From Alphaproteobacteria bacterium (lineage in GTDB: Bacteria > Pseudomonadota > Alphaproteobacteria > MPNO01): a DNA stretch of 64,000 nt. The stretch covers positions 2,530,160 through 2,594,159 of the forward strand of contig OZ251446.1 in NCBI GenBank assembly GCA_965242495.1, written 5' to 3'. The notes under the pieces are model-generated. The model ran no database searches. It was not told the origin of the DNA and was given only the letters and a program-made list of their open reading frames with translations. Position 1 is the stretch's first letter. The number at the start of each line of letters is the position of its first letter. Below are positions 62,691-64,000 of the stretch, piece after piece. Position numbers and translations under genes: made by a program.

Positions 62691-63658
62691 GCAAAGCGAT
62701 CCGGATCGAGGCGTTCGGCCCGCCGTCGGTCCTGAAATGGCGCGAGGTCGAGGTCGGGAAGCCGGGCGCGAAGGAGGTCCGCGTGCGCCACACCGCGGTG
62801 GGCCTCAACTTCGTCGACGTCTATCAGCGGACGGGCCTCTACCCGACGCCGCTGCCGTTCACCCCCGGCCAGGAAGCCGCCGGCGTCGTCGAGGCCGTCG
62901 GGCGCGGCGTCGACGGCCTCGCGGTCGGCGACCGGGTGGCCTATGCGGGGCCGAACGGCGCCTATGCCGAGCGCTGGCTGCTGCCCGCCGACCGGATGGT
63001 GAAGCTGCCGCGCGGCATCGGCGACGAGCAGGCCGCGGCGATGATGCTCAAGGGGCTGACGGCGCAGTATCTGCTGCGCGCGACCTACCGGGTGAAGGCG
63101 GGCGACACGATCCTGGTGCACGCCGCGGCCGGCGGCGTCGGGCTGATCCTGTGCCAATGGGCCAAGCTGCTGGGGGCCACGGTCGTCGGCACCGTCGGCA
63201 GCAAGCGCAAGGCGGACCTCGCGCGCGCCCATGGCTGCGACCATCCGGTCGTCCACGGCCGGCAGAGTTTCGTCGATCGCGTGAAGCGGGTCACCCGCGG
63301 CGAGGGCGTGCCGGCGGTATACGATTCGATCGGCAAGGCGACCTATATGGATTCGCTCGACTGCCTGCGGCCGCGCGGGATCTTCGTCAATTTCGGCAAC
63401 GCTTCCGGGGCCGTCCCGCCGCTCGAGCCGCTGCTGCTGGCGCAGAAGGGGTCGCTGTTCCTGTCGCGGCCCTCGCTGACGCATCACGTGCTCACGCGGG
63501 CCGAGCTGGAGGCGCGCGCCCGCGACCTGTTCCGCGTGGTCCGATCCGGCAAGGTCAGGATCCAGATCAACCAGCACTACGCGCTCAAGGACGCCGCCCG
63601 CGCCCATCGCGACCTGGAGGCCCGCAAGACCACCGGCTCCACGGTCCTGCTGCCGTGA
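62687..63658 (+). CDS. qor: NADPH:quinone oxidoreductase (MDR/zeta-crystallin family)
   Basis: ATGA overlap. …HAAAGGVGLILCQWAK… Rossmann motif, 324 aa. Confidence 0.85.
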   Translation: MSKAIRIEAFGPPSVLKWREVEVGKPGAKEVRVRHTAVGLNFVDVYQRTGLYPTPLPFTPGQEAAGVVEAVGRGVDGLAVGDRVAYAGPNGAYAERWLLPADRMVKLPRGIGDEQAAAMMLKGLTAQYLLRATYRVKAGDTILVHAAAGGVGLILCQWAKLLGATVVGTVGSKRKADLARAHGCDHPVVHGRQSFVDRVKRVTRGEGVPAVYDSIGKATYMDSLDCLRPRGIFVNFGNASGAVPPLEPLLLAQKGSLFLSRPSLTHHVLTRAELEARARDLFRVVRSGKVRIQINQHYALKDAARAHRDLEARKTTGSTVLLP

Positions 63659-63761
63659 GCCGACGGGCCGGGACGATGGGCGACGAAGTCGAGGGTCAGG
63701 GAGCCGGACGGACGAGCGGCGCCGCGTTCCTCTCGCGTTCGGCGCGAAGCAGGTCGCGGCG

Positions 63762-64000
63762 ATGACGGACAAGCAGGCCGCGAAGTTGCGCGCTCAGGGA
63801 TGCCTGCTCGGGCAGCTCATAGGGGACTCGTTGGGCGGCCTGGTGGAATTCCAATCGGCGAAGTCGATCCGACGGGGCTATCCCGATGGCGTTCGGGATC
63901 TCGCCGACGGAGGGACGTGGAGCACGATCGCCGGTCAGCCGACGGACGATTCCGAAATGGCGCTGATGCTGGCGCGCTCGCTGGTCGAACGAGGCGAGTA
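63762..64000 (+). CDS. ADP-ribosylglycohydrolase family protein, N-terminal fragment (runs off window end)
   Basis: MTDKQAAKLRAQGCLLGQLIGDSLGGLVEF… typical ARH N-terminus. Confidence 0.55.
   Translation, partial: MTDKQAAKLRAQGCLLGQLIGDSLGGLVEFQSAKSIRRGYPDGVRDLADGGTWSTIAGQPTDDSEMALMLARSLVERGE

Overview
High-GC (about 68-70%) chromosomal segment with alphaproteobacterial-type synteny: DUF3576-leuS-lptE-holA convergent with parB-parA-rsmG-mnmG-mnmE, and three parS palindromes in and around the gid genes. Core content: hemB; a TRAP dctPQM transporter; an otsB-GH15-otsA-glk trehalose operon with 4-nt overlapping start/stop codons; tRNA-Val; a ggt/amidohydrolase/D-Ser-dehydratase-like/M23 cluster; an hpaB-family monooxygenase; an RND efflux pair; a sulfur-oxidation locus (MBL-rhodanese, aprB-aprA-aprA'); a thiolase/cupin/FAH cluster; ogt, dienelactone hydrolase and qor. 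Accessory content sits in lower-GC patches. Between hemB and dctP lies a small defence-like island: a DUF6088/AbiEi-like gene, a vapBC module with homopolymer-associated frame disruptions, and a translationally coupled three-gene operon (AAA/ABC-type ATPase, PIN nuclease, ATP-dependent RNA-ligase-family protein). I consider that operon the most interesting candidate for an undescribed conflict/RNA-damage-repair system. Also present: an intact IS481-family element with a 5-bp target-site duplication; a low-GC DNA methyltransferase fused to an Mrr-like nuclease domain; a low-GC gene for a small secreted protein; and a dispersed repeat family (three full copies plus one fragment), each carrying an UP-element and a near-consensus sigma70 promoter followed by a palindrome pair and 11-bp-phased T-tracts. 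Several apparent frameshifts fall in homopolymer runs (vapB, vapC, the membrane-fusion protein gene), so assembly indel error is a real alternative to pseudogenisation. Many very long Arg/Pro/Gly-rich ORFs in the six-frame track are GC-frame artefacts antisense to real genes and are not reported.
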